Assembly (NCBI GenBank): GCA_030390025.1
Contig: CM059431.1
Span: 118,732,001 to 118,796,000 of the forward strand
DNA from: Squalus acanthias
Lineage: Eukaryota
Reading direction: 5' to 3'
Length of the DNA stretch: 64,000 nucleotides
Of the stretch, positions 38,024 to 50,630 are shown piece after piece; the first letter of the stretch is position 1; every line of letters begins with the position of its first letter. A program made the position numbers and the translations under genes. The notes below the pieces were generated by a model. It searched no databases and was not told the DNA's origin. It saw only the letters and a program-made list of their open reading frames with translations.

Positions 38024-39302
38024 CTGTAAAATGACTTCCCTGGCCTGACCCTATCACGGGGGACATCACCATCTGGAGAATACCCCTTCAACTAGGGTCT
38101 TGGCCGTCCATGAGGCTGTGACTGACTTGCATGGGACGACTTCTACCCACCTGGTAATCTTGCACCGTTAACACTCATCTGGCTCCCTGCTTAAAAGAAA
38201 AAACAGACAATCCATTGCAGCTTTCCCAACAGCCAAGTGGGTTAATTCGTCAATTTCCGATCCCCTTCTGTCAATGTGGGGAAACATCCACTCAAATTAA
38301 AAAACTTACAACTTTAACAATGGCCAAAATGTTTACAAAACCCACAGCTGGTTGTGGAGTTAAAATAGAGTTCACAGCTGCTTGTGAAAAGAGTTAACTT
38401 CTTTGTTTTGCATTTCAAAAGAAGACAAACACAGACGTCAATCACTGTCAGGTTTTGTCACACAACTTCTCACAGCTTTCAAGTAAATCTTTACTTTTTG
38501 CAAAGCCTTTATAACTTTTAAACCTTTGTTAAGATCCTGATCAATTCACTTCAGCAGGTAAAAACATCAGACATCCTAAACATTCTGTGAAGCAATTCCA
38601 CACAATAGCATTTCCTTTTTTTTTCCTGGTCATCCATACTTGTAATTGGTCAAAAATGTCAAAAATTCACACAAATTTACACCAACCAGAATTTCATTGT
38701 GGCCACAATAAAAGTCTGGTTTTAAGAGGTTAATCAACCTCAATAACTCCAATTCAATTCAAAACAATATTTTAAACTAACCTGTGTCACTTGAAAAACA
38801 AAGGAAGAAGCCACACTAACAAAGAAACATTCACACATACTTTGTAAACTTTCAAATTGGCAACTGTAACTTCAAGGCTTAAAGTGTATTGAAATTGAAT
38901 TAACAAACTTAAAATGGCACACGCTTGTCCATCATCCAAGACAAGACTACAAAGGGTTAAACAGCTTCTAGCTCTCAGTGCAAAAAAGTGGGTGGAGCTG
39001 AAACAAACACACCAGTCACTGTGGGCTGGATTTTGTCAGCGTGGGCGGGCTGGGGCGTGTCAGGTGGAAATCGTGTCAGGACTCCGACTCCTGAGTAAAG
39101 TGTTGAAAAAGTGGGATTTTCCCCTAATTGGGCAATTGATTTCCTGCATGTGGGAACCACTGGCCCAATGAGTCTTTTCATCCAGAAAGTCGCCTCCAAT
39201 GACGTCATCAATGCTGCTGGATTTAAGGCCTGCAAGCAGCCTTGCTTCTTCTGGAGACTGCAAACGCTTTGGACATTGTATGAAGGAGTTGATTTCTCGA
39301 CA

Positions 39303-41248
39303 ATGTCCACGATCAAGCAAAAGTGTGCACCTCGGTTTGATGAGCCCTCCCCTCCAAGCTCTGGTGCACGGAGCCAGATGTGATAAGGAGGTGCTGTTCC
39401 CTTCCTCAGGGAGAAAAAAGCCACCCCAGCAGACAAAAGCTGTGTGGCTGCAAGTGGCCCAGGAGGTCAACTCCATTTCAATGAGCCACAGAACCTGGCT
39501 GCAATGCAGGAAGAGGTTTCATGACCTTCTCCGCACAGGAAAAGTGAGTATGACTTTCCCATCACCCTCAATCTGATCCCCATCGCCTCTCCTCACCAGT
39601 ACTCTGCTTTGCCAACCTCTTCCTCCACATCCCACTTGACACTTAGATCCCTGAATCCTTACCCATTCCCTCTCTCTCTATGATCACATTCACTTAACTA
39701 TTCGACCATGAAGCCCTCACACTCTCTATCACTGTGACAACAACAACTTACAACACACAGGGAGGGTCCTTTGTATCCTTCTAAGCATCTATGCTATGGA
39801 TTCTCTACACTCACTCCTTCATTCTCGCTCAAACTCCACTCGTCTCCCTCATTGCAGGAAAAGAGAGCCCACAATAAGAGGGAAAGAGCCATGACAGGAG
39901 GAGAGCCACCCTCAGTAGCCCAGCTCACCCCCTGGGAGGAGGCAGCCCTGGAAATCGCTGGGATTGAGGACGATACCCAAGTGGGGGACGGACAGATGGG
40001 CGCATCACAGCAAGCTGGTGACAGAATAGCTTTGGCATCTCTCTCATTGACATTGCATGAGTCACTGATAATGAATCTGATGCTCTAACAGATTGACTTA
40101 TGATCATCTGCACTATTCAATGTGCATGTAACCTTGACCTCACATCTCTAACTCTTTCCTTTACTCCCCCACAGGACCATCGAAAGCCCCAGTCCCCACT
40201 GTCCAGGAGGAAGAACCTGAGCTTCCAGACTCCTCAGAGGAAGCTGCAACCACTGAGGGTGCAGCGTCAGCAGAATTCAGCGCACGCAGCACCAGCGCAG
40301 ACACTCACACCTCGGTGGGACCTTCGCGAGATAGAGTAGTGTTGGCATCTGGTGTATCACAGCTCACAAGGGACAGCAGTAGAGAGTCCTCGTCGGAGGG
40401 CGCAGGACTCTGCCAGCTTGGCTCAGCTGCATGTGGACCCTGTGCCTCCGGGTCCATCCAGAAGGAGAGCGGTGCTGGAACTCCAGGAACAGGTGCAGGA
40501 GTCTCTGGCAGGTTTTGTCTCCAGGGTCACTGCAAGTGGAGGAGGAGTCCATTGCGAACTTGAGCAGAGCCGTTGTGGAGGCATTGGCGCATGAATGCAT
40601 CTCCGCGGAAAGGATGGCAACCTCCGTGGAAAGGATGGCTAACTCCGTGGTAAGGCTGGCTACCTTAGAGGAGAGGATGGCTACAGTAGAGAAGAGGTTG
40701 GCTACGGCCATGGAGGAGCTTAGTCGCCAGAGTATGGAAATCATGGTAATTGTTCAGATTAGAATGATATCTCTGTGGATCGATGGTCAGCTATTGAGCA
40801 AACAAACCAGACCTTCATGGACAACCTCTGGAGTAGGACTTCCAGTGCAGAAACGGGTCCTCATGGCTCCCCTGAAGTGCAGCAAGGTGCTGTCAAGCCA
40901 CATGCTAGCTCTGAAGTGGGGCTGACCCATGACAGGGATGTTGGTGGCAGAGAACAAGGAAGTGGGGGCTCCTCTCCAAGCACTCGCACGACCATGCCAC
41001 TGCAGAGCCCTCAGTCAGAGCCCCACCAGAGTCCTCACCCAACTGAGATGGGCATCTCAGCCCCTGCACAGCTGCAGGAGCAGCAGACTGTTGGCGAGCC
41101 CGCACAGGTTCGCCACCCTAGAGGACAGCCGTCAAAGGCGTCGAGGCAGGAGCAGCAAGAAAGTGAGCAAGGGGCCTCCACATCTGCTGAAGCCACAGGG
41201 GAAGCACCACGTAGGAGCATGTGTAAGATTAAGATAAAGCACAAGTAG
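39303..41248 (+). pseudogene. Harbinger Myb/SANT-like DNA-binding protein, 3 exons, frameshifted
   Basis: APRFDEP..WLQVAQEVNS..RTWLQCRKRFHDL|GTGAGT; TTGCAG|EKRAHNKRERAMTGG; third exon with heptad repeats. Confidence 0.8.
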
Positions 41249-41647
41249 TCACAAGGGTAGTCACTTGGGTGATGTGATGTTTTGTATTTGGACCAGCCAT
41301 CATTGTCATTGTATTATAAACAGATTTGATGGCAAACTGTTGAAGTTGTGGCCTGTGTCATTTCGCAAATGGGACTCTCACATTAAGGGCTTAGGGCGCC
41401 TTGCAATTGTCAGTATGGTGGTCAGAGTGATAGGAATCCGTAGGTTCTTGTCCATTGTGGATGCTCTGGTAAGAAGGTGCGAGACAAAAGTGTTTGATTC
41501 TGCAGGCTCACCAAATCTGGCCAAGATGAGTGCGTCCCTTGCATCCTTGGCAGCAATGTTGTCGTGCGCTGGCGCCTTCTGGCCTGTGCATTTTCAGGTG
41601 GGTGACTAGCAGCTTGGCGCTCCATTTGATGCTCCTGCTGTTGGTGC

Positions 41648-43028
41648 TGTAAAATTCGCAATTATCGCGATTCGAAATAACGAGATAAAGCAGATTTGTT
41701 TCATCAGTTTTATTTCAACGAAATGCTGTCATGATTAAACAGGACACAGAAGCCTGTAAAATGGCTGCCGCGCCTCGTGGCAGAAGCTTCCAGAATTTTC
41801 AGGGGGCAGACAAGATGGCGTTCGAATAAACATTTCAGTATAAGATTGGTTAATACGCAGCAAACACTAATAAAGACAGGATGCAACCTGTCTGCATTCG
41901 ACACAATAGCAAGAAATAAGTGCTGGAATCGTTTTCCATGCACAAGTAAGGACCATTGTACTGGGCAATCGAAGGCCCATCCAGATACATCAATACGCAA
42001 ATTCCCCACGGCTCTACAATGAGAGAGCCATTCTCGGGTGATTAAGTCAGTATTCGAGGAGGCCCCAAAACCAGTCATGGAGGTTCCTACCCGGTTCAAC
42101 AATGGGGAAAACATTAACGGATAGTTGGCCAGTTTAAGGTGCTACCAATACCCATTAATGGAAAGAATCGCCCCATGCTGGGAGTTTTGTGCACCAGTAT
42201 TACACAAAGGACAAACATCAAGATTTGAGCAGGAGATAAGGGAACACAGCACTATAACTATAGTGAACAAATGTCCATCGGTCTCTTGATTCGACTTTTG
42301 ACTCGGGCTGAACTCTTATTATTATTCTCTTATCTGGCTGATGACTGCTGAACTCTTATTCGCTTGCCACTTCATGGACTCGCTTGACTGGTGAGCTTTT
42401 GATTGTCTCTCTGGACTTCTACAACCGTGTCCGAGCACTGTCGAGTTCTTCATGACAACGGGGAGCACAGCCTGCTTGCCGGAGCAGCGAAGATAAACAA
42501 GTGGGGTACAGAGACCCCTTCAAACACGTGACAGTCAGGCGCTGCAACGAAACGAGCCAAGTGCCTCAGTTTAAAATTCTCCGAAGTATCACGAGTGGTG
42601 AGCATGTTTCCAGATCCTACAAATCTAGATTAGTGTAGGTATTGATAGGGGAGGGTGGTTTTATTAAGGATAAATATAATGTGTTCCCCTTTTTACGATG
42701 TGCCGTGCGTTCCTCATTACCCTAGACCAAGTTTTATGAATGTATGTATACTTGTACTGTCATTAATTTGTGCCTATGACATGTACTTCATGATTTTGGA
42801 CGTTATGCAATAAAGGTTTCCATTTCGTACTATTCAACTGAGTCTATTTGAGTTTTCTCTGCATTACTGCTCTCGCACCTAAGTCCAGTGTTAGAACCGT
42901 AAGGGCGAGTGGGTCGAACCACTCACAGGTGCTTATTGCAACAAGGCTGGCCAGAGACCAGAGCAAGCAATAGTATTAGGCAACGAAGGCCTAACCCCGC
43001 ACAAGCACCTACGACCGAACCCCTTACA
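41648..43028 (+). mobile_element. Long solo LTR (1381 bp), copy 2
   Basis: TGTA..TACA termini, TSD GTGC, homologous to 5213-6850 except in the central segment. Confidence 0.92.
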
Positions 43029-43774
43029 GTGCTGCTGTTGTTCAGGGTTCTGCTGCTGCCGTGGCTGGTCTTCATCCGAATCTGATGTCCAGGAGGAAAG
43101 GAATTAAATGGTCACCATGCTTCTGGTATATGCCTCAGTTGGGGAAGCGCTCATTCAAGGTGGCGAGAGGGGTTTCCCAGGAGGTCACACTGGAGATGGG
43201 TGTCAGGCTCCAAACTTCCACAACAATGAGTATGCCTGCTAAAAGCTCCCCCAGACCTGAGACAACAAAGTTCTGCCACCTGCAAATGATCATCGGTGAA
43301 AACTCCTTTGTAATGGTGAAGCTGCAGCTGTTAGTAAGCAATGCACTAGTGAGGCCGCCAGGATTACCTGGCATGCTTCAGAGGAGGCGTGTAGGATGGG
43401 AGAAATGTCTAAAAATCGGAAAGGCCTCTCAAAATGGGATAATAGAGGTAATTAAGTGGTTGCTAAGGGCCTTAAGGGTCTATCCTGCCTCTTGGAGGCG
43501 GGATGGAAATAGGCTCAGAAAACACGCATTTGGGAAAATTGCTTGGAGGTGGGATGGAGGCGGGATCGGGCCCGCCCGCTATTTTTTGCAATTTTACCAC
43601 CTTGCATGCCTCCAAACCCGCCTCCTCGTGCTTGGCAAAATCGAGCCCTTTCTTTCAAGAAACAGAAAACTTCCACACTTTTAACACACACTTTCACACA
43701 AACCGAGATTCCAGCATTCTTTTAACGTTCTTTTCAATCAGCAAACCCTGTGTTTTACTTGTTTTGGACAGAAA

Positions 43775-44796
43775 CTAATAGCTTTGTGTCGGTAAAACTT
43801 TAATTTTCCCCTTCTTTTTCCTTCTCTTAAATTGCCTCAGCAACTTATTCTGTCTCCCTCCCTTTTCTGGTGGGGTTAACTTCATTTTTCCATCTTCATC
43901 CATTTCACTTACAGCTGCCCTTTGTTCAACTGCAATGAAATGTCCTTGGGGTTCACCTCCCATTTCTGGTTTCCCTAAATCACCCACCATTCCTTTCAAT
44001 GGCGCCATGTTATACAGTATGGTATAATCACTTTCTAACACCCCTCTGTTCTGTCCTCCGAAAGGGGAACCAAATTTCTGCTGCCTCATAGGATTCATCG
44101 GCGGTGGGACAGGGGTTCCGGTACTTCCAGCAGGATTCTCAATTCCCTGTATTGTGACCCCTCATCAGACCACTTTCCTTCCCCCTCTACTTCCCCCTCC
44201 ATTTCCCCTTCCTCTGGGGTCTTTAAGCATATTATCCGAGCTTCCAATTGCTCAATTTCCTTTCGGCATTTAGTGTGATCAGCTTCTCCCTCTTTATGTT
44301 GCCGCAACACCTTCAATGCTGTTTTTACATTGCTTAACTCTTCCTCAGCCGAGGCTGCCTGCCGATGTTGCTTATGGCTTTCTTTCTGCCATGCATCAGC
44401 TCTTCGCGAACACTCTGTCACCTGAGACTGCAAGTATTCCATTGTTACTTTCCCCTTTCACTTTCTCAGCTTGTCGCTGTTCTTTTAGTTCCTCTAACTT
44501 TCTTGACTTGCGACCATTTCCCTGCCGCATGCCTTTCGTTTCAGTTGCTCAATCTCTCTGGATTGTTCATCTATCACTTTCTTATTTTGAACTAATTGTC
44601 TTTGATAGGCTAACAGCCATATCGCTTTATACCATGGCCTCTTTCCGAACGGACCTTCCATCCATTCCTTTTCTTTTTGTATGGTGTCATTATTCTGCAC
44701 AATATCTCTAACCGATGGTTTATCGCTATTGATTTTTCCGTGAATATATTTTTCTAGCAAATCCTCCATACTGTCCGGCATTGTTATAAAAAACAT
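43775..44796 (-). pseudogene. gag: Provirus gag N-terminal coiled-coil region, truncated
   Basis: Starts just after the PBS; IEQLKRK..LQSQVTECSRRADAWQKE..EADHTKCRKEIEQLEARI coiled-coil; PMRQQKFGSPFGG. Broken into three ORFs. Confidence 0.7.
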
Positions 44797-44810
44797 TTTT
44801 TCCCCTCAAT

Positions 44811-44828
44811 GTCCCTTTGTGGTCGCCA
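44811..44828 (-). promoter_or_regulatory. Primer-binding site, tRNA-Arg(TCG)-like
   Basis: TGGCGACCACAAAGGGAC, 3 nt from the 5' LTR; one mismatch to the recalled tRNA-Arg complement TGGCGACCACGAAGGGAC. Confidence 0.8.
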
Positions 44829-44831
44829 TTA

Positions 44832-45563
44832 TGTAAGCCTTTCTCTTACTACTGTTCGGACTTCGAGAATTACGATTAAGCGTAACAATGACAGACAAGT
44901 AGGTGATCAATAAAATTGGTCTTTATTCACACTACAGTTCAAAATTCAAGTGTACATCGAAGCATTCTCTCGCAATCAATATGCTTCCAATTTACCCGTA
45001 CATAAAAGTACTCCCCAGCAATTACACGCTACCTCCGGGCAATTTATATTCCAAGCCAACCATACATAAATGTGCCCTTTAACAATATCTAAGCTCTATG
45101 TCCGACTTTTATACATACTCCTTTATCTCTGGGTGATCGGTCCAGGAAAAGTTGAAAAATATCTTTGTTCTTCTGTTCTGTCTTCTTTCTTTCTGAATTT
45201 CCCACCTCTGGGTCACTTCTTTTATAGGGCCTTTCTGCCAGCCTCCCTCATATATCACTGTCTGCCTTCCTCTGATAGGTCAGTTTCACTCCAAACCTTC
45301 CCTGATTGGAGTTCCTTCTGCATGACACGTTCATGTTCCTGTGATGTGTGTGGGGGCAGGACTTCCTCTTCAACCCGGTGTCTCCTTCCTGTCCATGTGG
45401 TCTTACAAACAAAGGACCATGCTGACCACCAGGCAAAGGACTCCCTGCTGACTTCCGCTATTTTGCGTCTTCACAAAAAAAGAACACATGCTGACCTCCT
45501 ACCTTTTGAACCATTTCACAATTCATTCTGAACTTCGATCTCCACAGTTTTTAGAGTCTTACA
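44832..45563 (-). repeat. 5' LTR of provirus (732 bp)
   Basis: TGTAAG..CTTACA termini; direct repeat of 27705-28489. Confidence 0.93.
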
Positions 45564-45574
45564 ACAGCGCATTG

Positions 45575-46085
45575 ATTCACCATACTGGTCTCCGTACCTA
45601 AGGAAGGATATACTTACCTTAGAGGGGGTGCAATGAAGGTACACTAGACTGATTCCTGGGATGAGGAGAGATTGAATAGAATGGACCTATATTCTCTGTA
45701 GTATAGAAGAATGAGAGGTAATCACATTGAAACGTATAAAATTCTGAGGGGGATTGACAAGGTAGATGCTGAGAGGCTGTCTCTCCTGGCTGGGGAGTCT
45801 AGACCTAGGGGTCATCATCTCAGAATAAGGGGTGGGGCATTTAGGACTGAGATGAGGAGAAATTTCTTCACTCAAAGTGTTGTGAATCTTTGGAATTCTC
45901 TACCCCAGAGGTCTGTGGATGCTCAGTCATTGAACATATTCAAGGCTGAGATAGATAGATTTTTGGACACTAAGGGTGGAAAGGTGGAGTTGAGGTCGAA
46001 GATGAGCCATGATCTTACTGAATGGCAGAGCAGGCTCGAATGGCCGTATGACCTACTCTAGCTCCTAAATCTTATGTACTTATGC
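45575..46085 (+). mobile_element. CR1 3' fragment
   Basis: MRGNHIETYKILRG..RRNFFTQSVVNLWNSLPQ; (TTATG..) tail. Confidence 0.88.
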
Positions 46086-47954
46086 TCAATTCTGCTAACT
46101 TTCTTGCAAGTCATGACAGTGAAATATTAATATATATAATTTATAAAAACAGAAATTGCTGGAAATATACAGCGGGTCCTACTGACAAAGAATCTGTCTC
46201 CAAAATATGCTGATTGACCTGCTTTTTACTGTAGTGGCACAATTATAGGCTAACCCTGTGTATCAGCCACACCCCTCAATTATTGGCCTCCCTCCCCCAT
46301 GAAAACAACAAAATTCCTACAAAACACAAAATTGCAAATATTAAGTACAATTTTCCATCTGCTATTTTTGGAATAAAAATGCTGCGACAGATTTTCTAGC
46401 ACTGAGGCACCTTCTTACCAGAAAAGGGCAACAGACCCTACAGTTCTGGCCTTATTCATCAGCAGAACTTGATTGTGAAATGCTAGATTTAATCAACAGA
46501 CAGACAATTCCTCTCTTCCATCCACATTGCTGGAGGCACAGCACTTTTGAATTCCTGAATAGCGGTGCGCTATGTGTCCAGTAGCCACTAGAGCGCCTGA
46601 AGCAGTCCAGGGTTCCTCCAAAAATACAATTCCCTCATTTAGGCCAAAATCATATGCAGCAGCACGATTGATTTTATTTTAGGCGAAAGCTGCATTGTAG
46701 CTTGCAATGTGTTGCTTTAATTTCCCTTTTCATCCCATAACGGTACGACCAGTACCAGGGGCATTAACCAGCTTCCATATCTGGTTTAACGTTTAACGCT
46801 AACTTCCTTGCTGTCTCATCTTGCTGCCTAAATGTTCATTCATGCTGATTGCGTATCAGTGTCCTTACATTGGTGTTCCAGGATGGTAAGTCGGAAGGGC
46901 TGAAGCTGAGTCTCCATTTAAAGGCCAAGCCCACAACTCCAAATGATTGATGAGCCCTTTCCATGCATCAATATGGTAATACCAGCAATTCCGTTTTTAT
47001 ATCAGCTTTTTCTTATTATTTCAACTGTGCAATCACCACCAGCTTCCCTACTTACACTGAAGTTATTTGTATTATAAATCAATTAATCAGGAGACATATC
47101 CATGTTATTGTCATTTGTGTAAAGAGAAAAAAACCTCTTAAATCTCCACCTGATAAGTAATACATATTAACACATCCCTCAAAGCTGCCAAGAGATAGTA
47201 AAGTGCCTATATCTAAAATTCAATGAATAAAAATAGGAGAACATTTACCTATTTCTTTTTAAAACTCTGCGTCAGTGTGGGTGCCAGTGCTTTGTGCCTC
47301 AAGGCACTGAATTCATTATTTTAATCAGCGGTATGGAGATGTATTAATTTGATCCTTTGCAGAGATTTCCACCCTGCTTATGTGTCAGAAGTATGGCACA
47401 GCACATACGCAGTTCCCCTCTTTTGTGTGTGTGGGGGTGGCGGGGGGGGGGGGGGGGGGGGGGGGCGTGGGTGGCTGCGGGTGGAGGATGTTAAAAAATG
47501 TAAGTAGCAATTTAATGTAGGATGCGTTTCTAATGTTTATCTATTGGAGTCAAGTGTACTTAAGATTGTTCATCTTAGCAAACAACTGTGTCATTTATGA
47601 CATCAGTCATCAGTAACCCACGGAGCAATGGATTATGGTAATGTATGGTGGTTTAGTAGGAATGCTACCTTAAAAAAATTGAATTAATTATGGCAGCATG
47701 AGTATGCCACATAAATCTTCACTTCCTTCACCTTATACTGTAAAATGAATGCACCACAGTAGGTTTGCAATAAAGGAGGGACTAGGCTAGCCAGAGCTGT
47801 GTTCCGTAAGATGTAGGCTCATAGTAAAGCTCCTACCATGTTTTCCTCCTTATCGTGATTCCTTTATTACTTATCAAAACTTATTTTAGGCGGGAAAAAA
47901 ATGATGTATGTCCAAACCTAACATGCTTCAGTGTGACTTCTTTCACTTGAGCAC

Positions 47955-48960
47955 GCTAAGATAGAAATTGCTATGCGTTGCGCTTACTTTTGCGTGTTTA
48001 AAACGGACGGAAAGCATACCAATTTACCAGTTGGATGGCCTGCATCCAATCCGTGCAGGTGTCAGTCCGCTAGATTCATGGGGCGCTAAAGTAGGCGTTG
48101 GCCTCTTAAATATGTAAATTAGGAGCCTAACGCCTTGTAAAGGACCCCTTTTCAAAATTTTTCGCCGATGATAATTCTTCAGGGGCCACTGCGGCCGCCA
48201 ACAAAAAGGTAAGTGATAAAAAATGTTGAAAGAAACTCCTTTCTGTGGAGACAGGAGGAGCAGGAGCGCTCCCCTGACTTCACAGGAGTCGCGATTGCCC
48301 CTCACTGTAGCCAGCTCAAATCCCTGCTCCCGGTACTTACCTGAAGGCCACTGCCAGTGAGACAGACAGCCCGACATTGATGTCTTTGTTAGGGTAAGCT
48401 GCCTGTGGAGGCGTGACTAGCACCGACAGCTCGTGCTGAGCATGTTGCTGAGGCCCGAGGACCAATCTCCATGAATCCTCACGCCTCTCAGTTCGGGAGC
48501 GCGCTGGTTGCAAAAACAGACTCAGACTAATTTTTAGCCCTCTGTTTCATTTCTACCCTTTTCCTTGTCATTTAGGAAGCAAAAGTGACCTAACCAGTGA
48601 CCTTAAAGGGGCCACTGGAGGCGACGGATGAAGCCTGCAGGTAAGTTTTTTTTTACTTACCTTCATACGAAGCCAGGAGGAGCAGGAGTGCTTCTTCTGC
48701 CTCCACATTCAGAGTGTGGCCACTGCCGGCCTGCATTCTCCCCTCTCCCTATTGCATTCCCACTTGAACTGACCTGCGGATCTAGGCCGGTATCTGAGCC
48801 CACCAAAATTGCTCACTCCCTGACTGGCGAGCTGTGCGGGGCGTCCAATGGGTGCTCGCCACAGTTATTATAATGAGGTTGAGGACCAATTTAAGATGGT
48901 CCTCAGGCCTCTCCGCACAGATCGCGCCCGGTTTTGGTGCTAATGTATTTAGGCCCCCTT
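47955..48960. mobile_element. Probable Harbinger-type MITE fragments
   Basis: TIR-like ends AATTTTTAGCCC (48540) and ATTTAGGCCCC (~48957); the two halves share AGGGGCCACTG..AGGTAAG..AGGAGCAGGAG motifs. Confidence 0.45.
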
Positions 48961-50224
48961 GTCTCCAAAGCACATTGAGATGTTGCTCGTACTGCTCGAG
49001 ATGAGGACAGGCGAGGGAATGGCTGTAGCAGGTTCAATGATGCAGTTGAGGGATGGATAAATAATTTTGAGTTTTATTCAACTACCTTTGGGTATCAAGG
49101 AGTATTTATGCTAAACTTTCCCTCAAAGGTATAAGCGGTGCGTCATATGCTGAGAATTTTCATGCGTAACCAGGGTTTCCGCCAAACTTCTGGCAAAGTA
49201 ATGTCAGTGAAGCAGAAGCATTTCCGGCCATTGTCTACCATGGGGTAGATCGCACATGGTCTACGAAAATCCAGTCTGGATGGTCGAATGGTATTTTTTC
49301 ATTCCATGCTTTCCAATTATTCTTATTTGCTCGATGTGTATTGAATTGTTATCGACACATTTTCAGTAGTGCTGACAGCACTTTGTTGTTAGAGGTTATA
49401 GAGAGAGGCACTGAGCAGGAGTTAGAGATAAATCAAATTGATATCCTGAGGTGAATTGAATTATATCCTCTCAGGTTAAAGGTGAACTTTGGACGACTGA
49501 TTGGTGGTTTTGCTTTTTTGGAGTACCATTTTATTTTTAAACAATTGTTTATAGGCCTCTTCCAGCAGTTAAACAGTGATGCTAGGCTAATGTAACCACG
49601 GGATCTCTTTGGAGTGTGTCTACTTTTTAACATTTCAGATTGTTTATGGTACAAATGTAGGATGTCTTTTTTGTACTGTCTCTGTTGAATGCTAGTGATT
49701 TACTAGATTTTGTGTGATTGGCCTGTAAACAGTCGTGGGTTTGGAAGCAATAAGTAGTAAATGTAGGATTCTCTAAGTATGTATGACATTTAAAGTAGCT
49801 TACTGCTGAATCAGCAGGGGTAAGGATATGAAAAAAATAATTTTCTTTCTCTTTCCATATATGGGAAATAAAAGACCCACTGACAATCTTACTTGAGGTT
49901 TCATGCGTACAACTTGTTTATGTTCATATGTTACAGATATGGGGGTCAATGTTCAAGTGGCCCATTTGTCGGCTGGGTGATGAGTCGAACAAACCGACTG
50001 CTTGCCTGATGAAGCTTGCCAAAGGCCTGAAGCATTTTTAAGTCAGGCCTCATTAGAATAAAATTGGGCGAGCTGCTAGTGCTAATAGGCAGCATGTTGA
50101 TTAGGGCTGGGGGTGGTGGGCTGCGGGAAATCCAACTGCCCATCCGCGGAGCTGATCTAACAGAGGACCCTTAAAGGATCAGAGACAGGCTGATTGGGGG
50201 AGTGCAGTAAAAGAAGAGAAGTAA

Positions 50225-50630
50225 AGAACTTTCAGAACCTCAGGATGTCCCAAAGCGTTTTACTGCCAATTAAGTACTTTTGAAGTGTAGTCACTGTTGT
50301 AAGGTAGGAAATGTGGCAGCCAATTTGAGCACAACAAGGTTCCACAAGCAGCAAAAAGTGATAGTGACCAAATAATCTGCTTTAGTGCTGTTAGTGGATG
50401 CACAAATATTGGCCAGGATACACGGGATAACTGCACTGCTCTTCTTCAAAATAGTGCCATGGGATCTTTTACGACCACCTGAGAGGGCAGACGGGGCCTC
50501 AGTTTAATGTCTTATCTGAAAGACAGCACCTCTGACAGTGCAGAACTCCCTCAATATTGCACTGGAGTGTCAGCCTAGATTTTTATGTTCAAGTCTCTAG
50601 AGTGGGACTCGCACCCACAACCTTCTACTT
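50225..50630 (-). mobile_element. tRNA-derived SINE, copy 2
   Basis: Colinear with 14423-14850. Confidence 0.78.

Larger units (their letters stand above)
35890..38160 (-). pseudogene. Provirus integrase core/C-terminus, split by three insertions
   Basis: TRWVEVVPCKS..VFSRW (~38070-38160), SHFTGQVMQATLKLLGIEGKWHVSH (~37745-37825), SSGIVERMNRTLKSTLRK..SPHELVMGRPMR (below 36275). Confidence 0.85.
39023..43648 (+). mobile_element. Non-autonomous Harbinger transposon (Myb gene retained, transposase internally deleted)
   Basis: TIRs GGGCTGGATTTTG / CAAAATCGAGCCC; flanks TGT/TTT; contains solo LTR 41648-43028. Confidence 0.85.
27705..45563 (-). mobile_element. Endogenous env-bearing provirus, lokiretrovirus-like, lacking recognisable PR/RT, with nested insertions
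   Basis: LTRs 27705-28489 and 44832-45563; TSD ACAG (27701-27704, 45564-45567); PBS 44811-44828; PPT TTTAAGGGAGGAC (28490-28502); gene order gag-IN-env. Confidence 0.9.
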
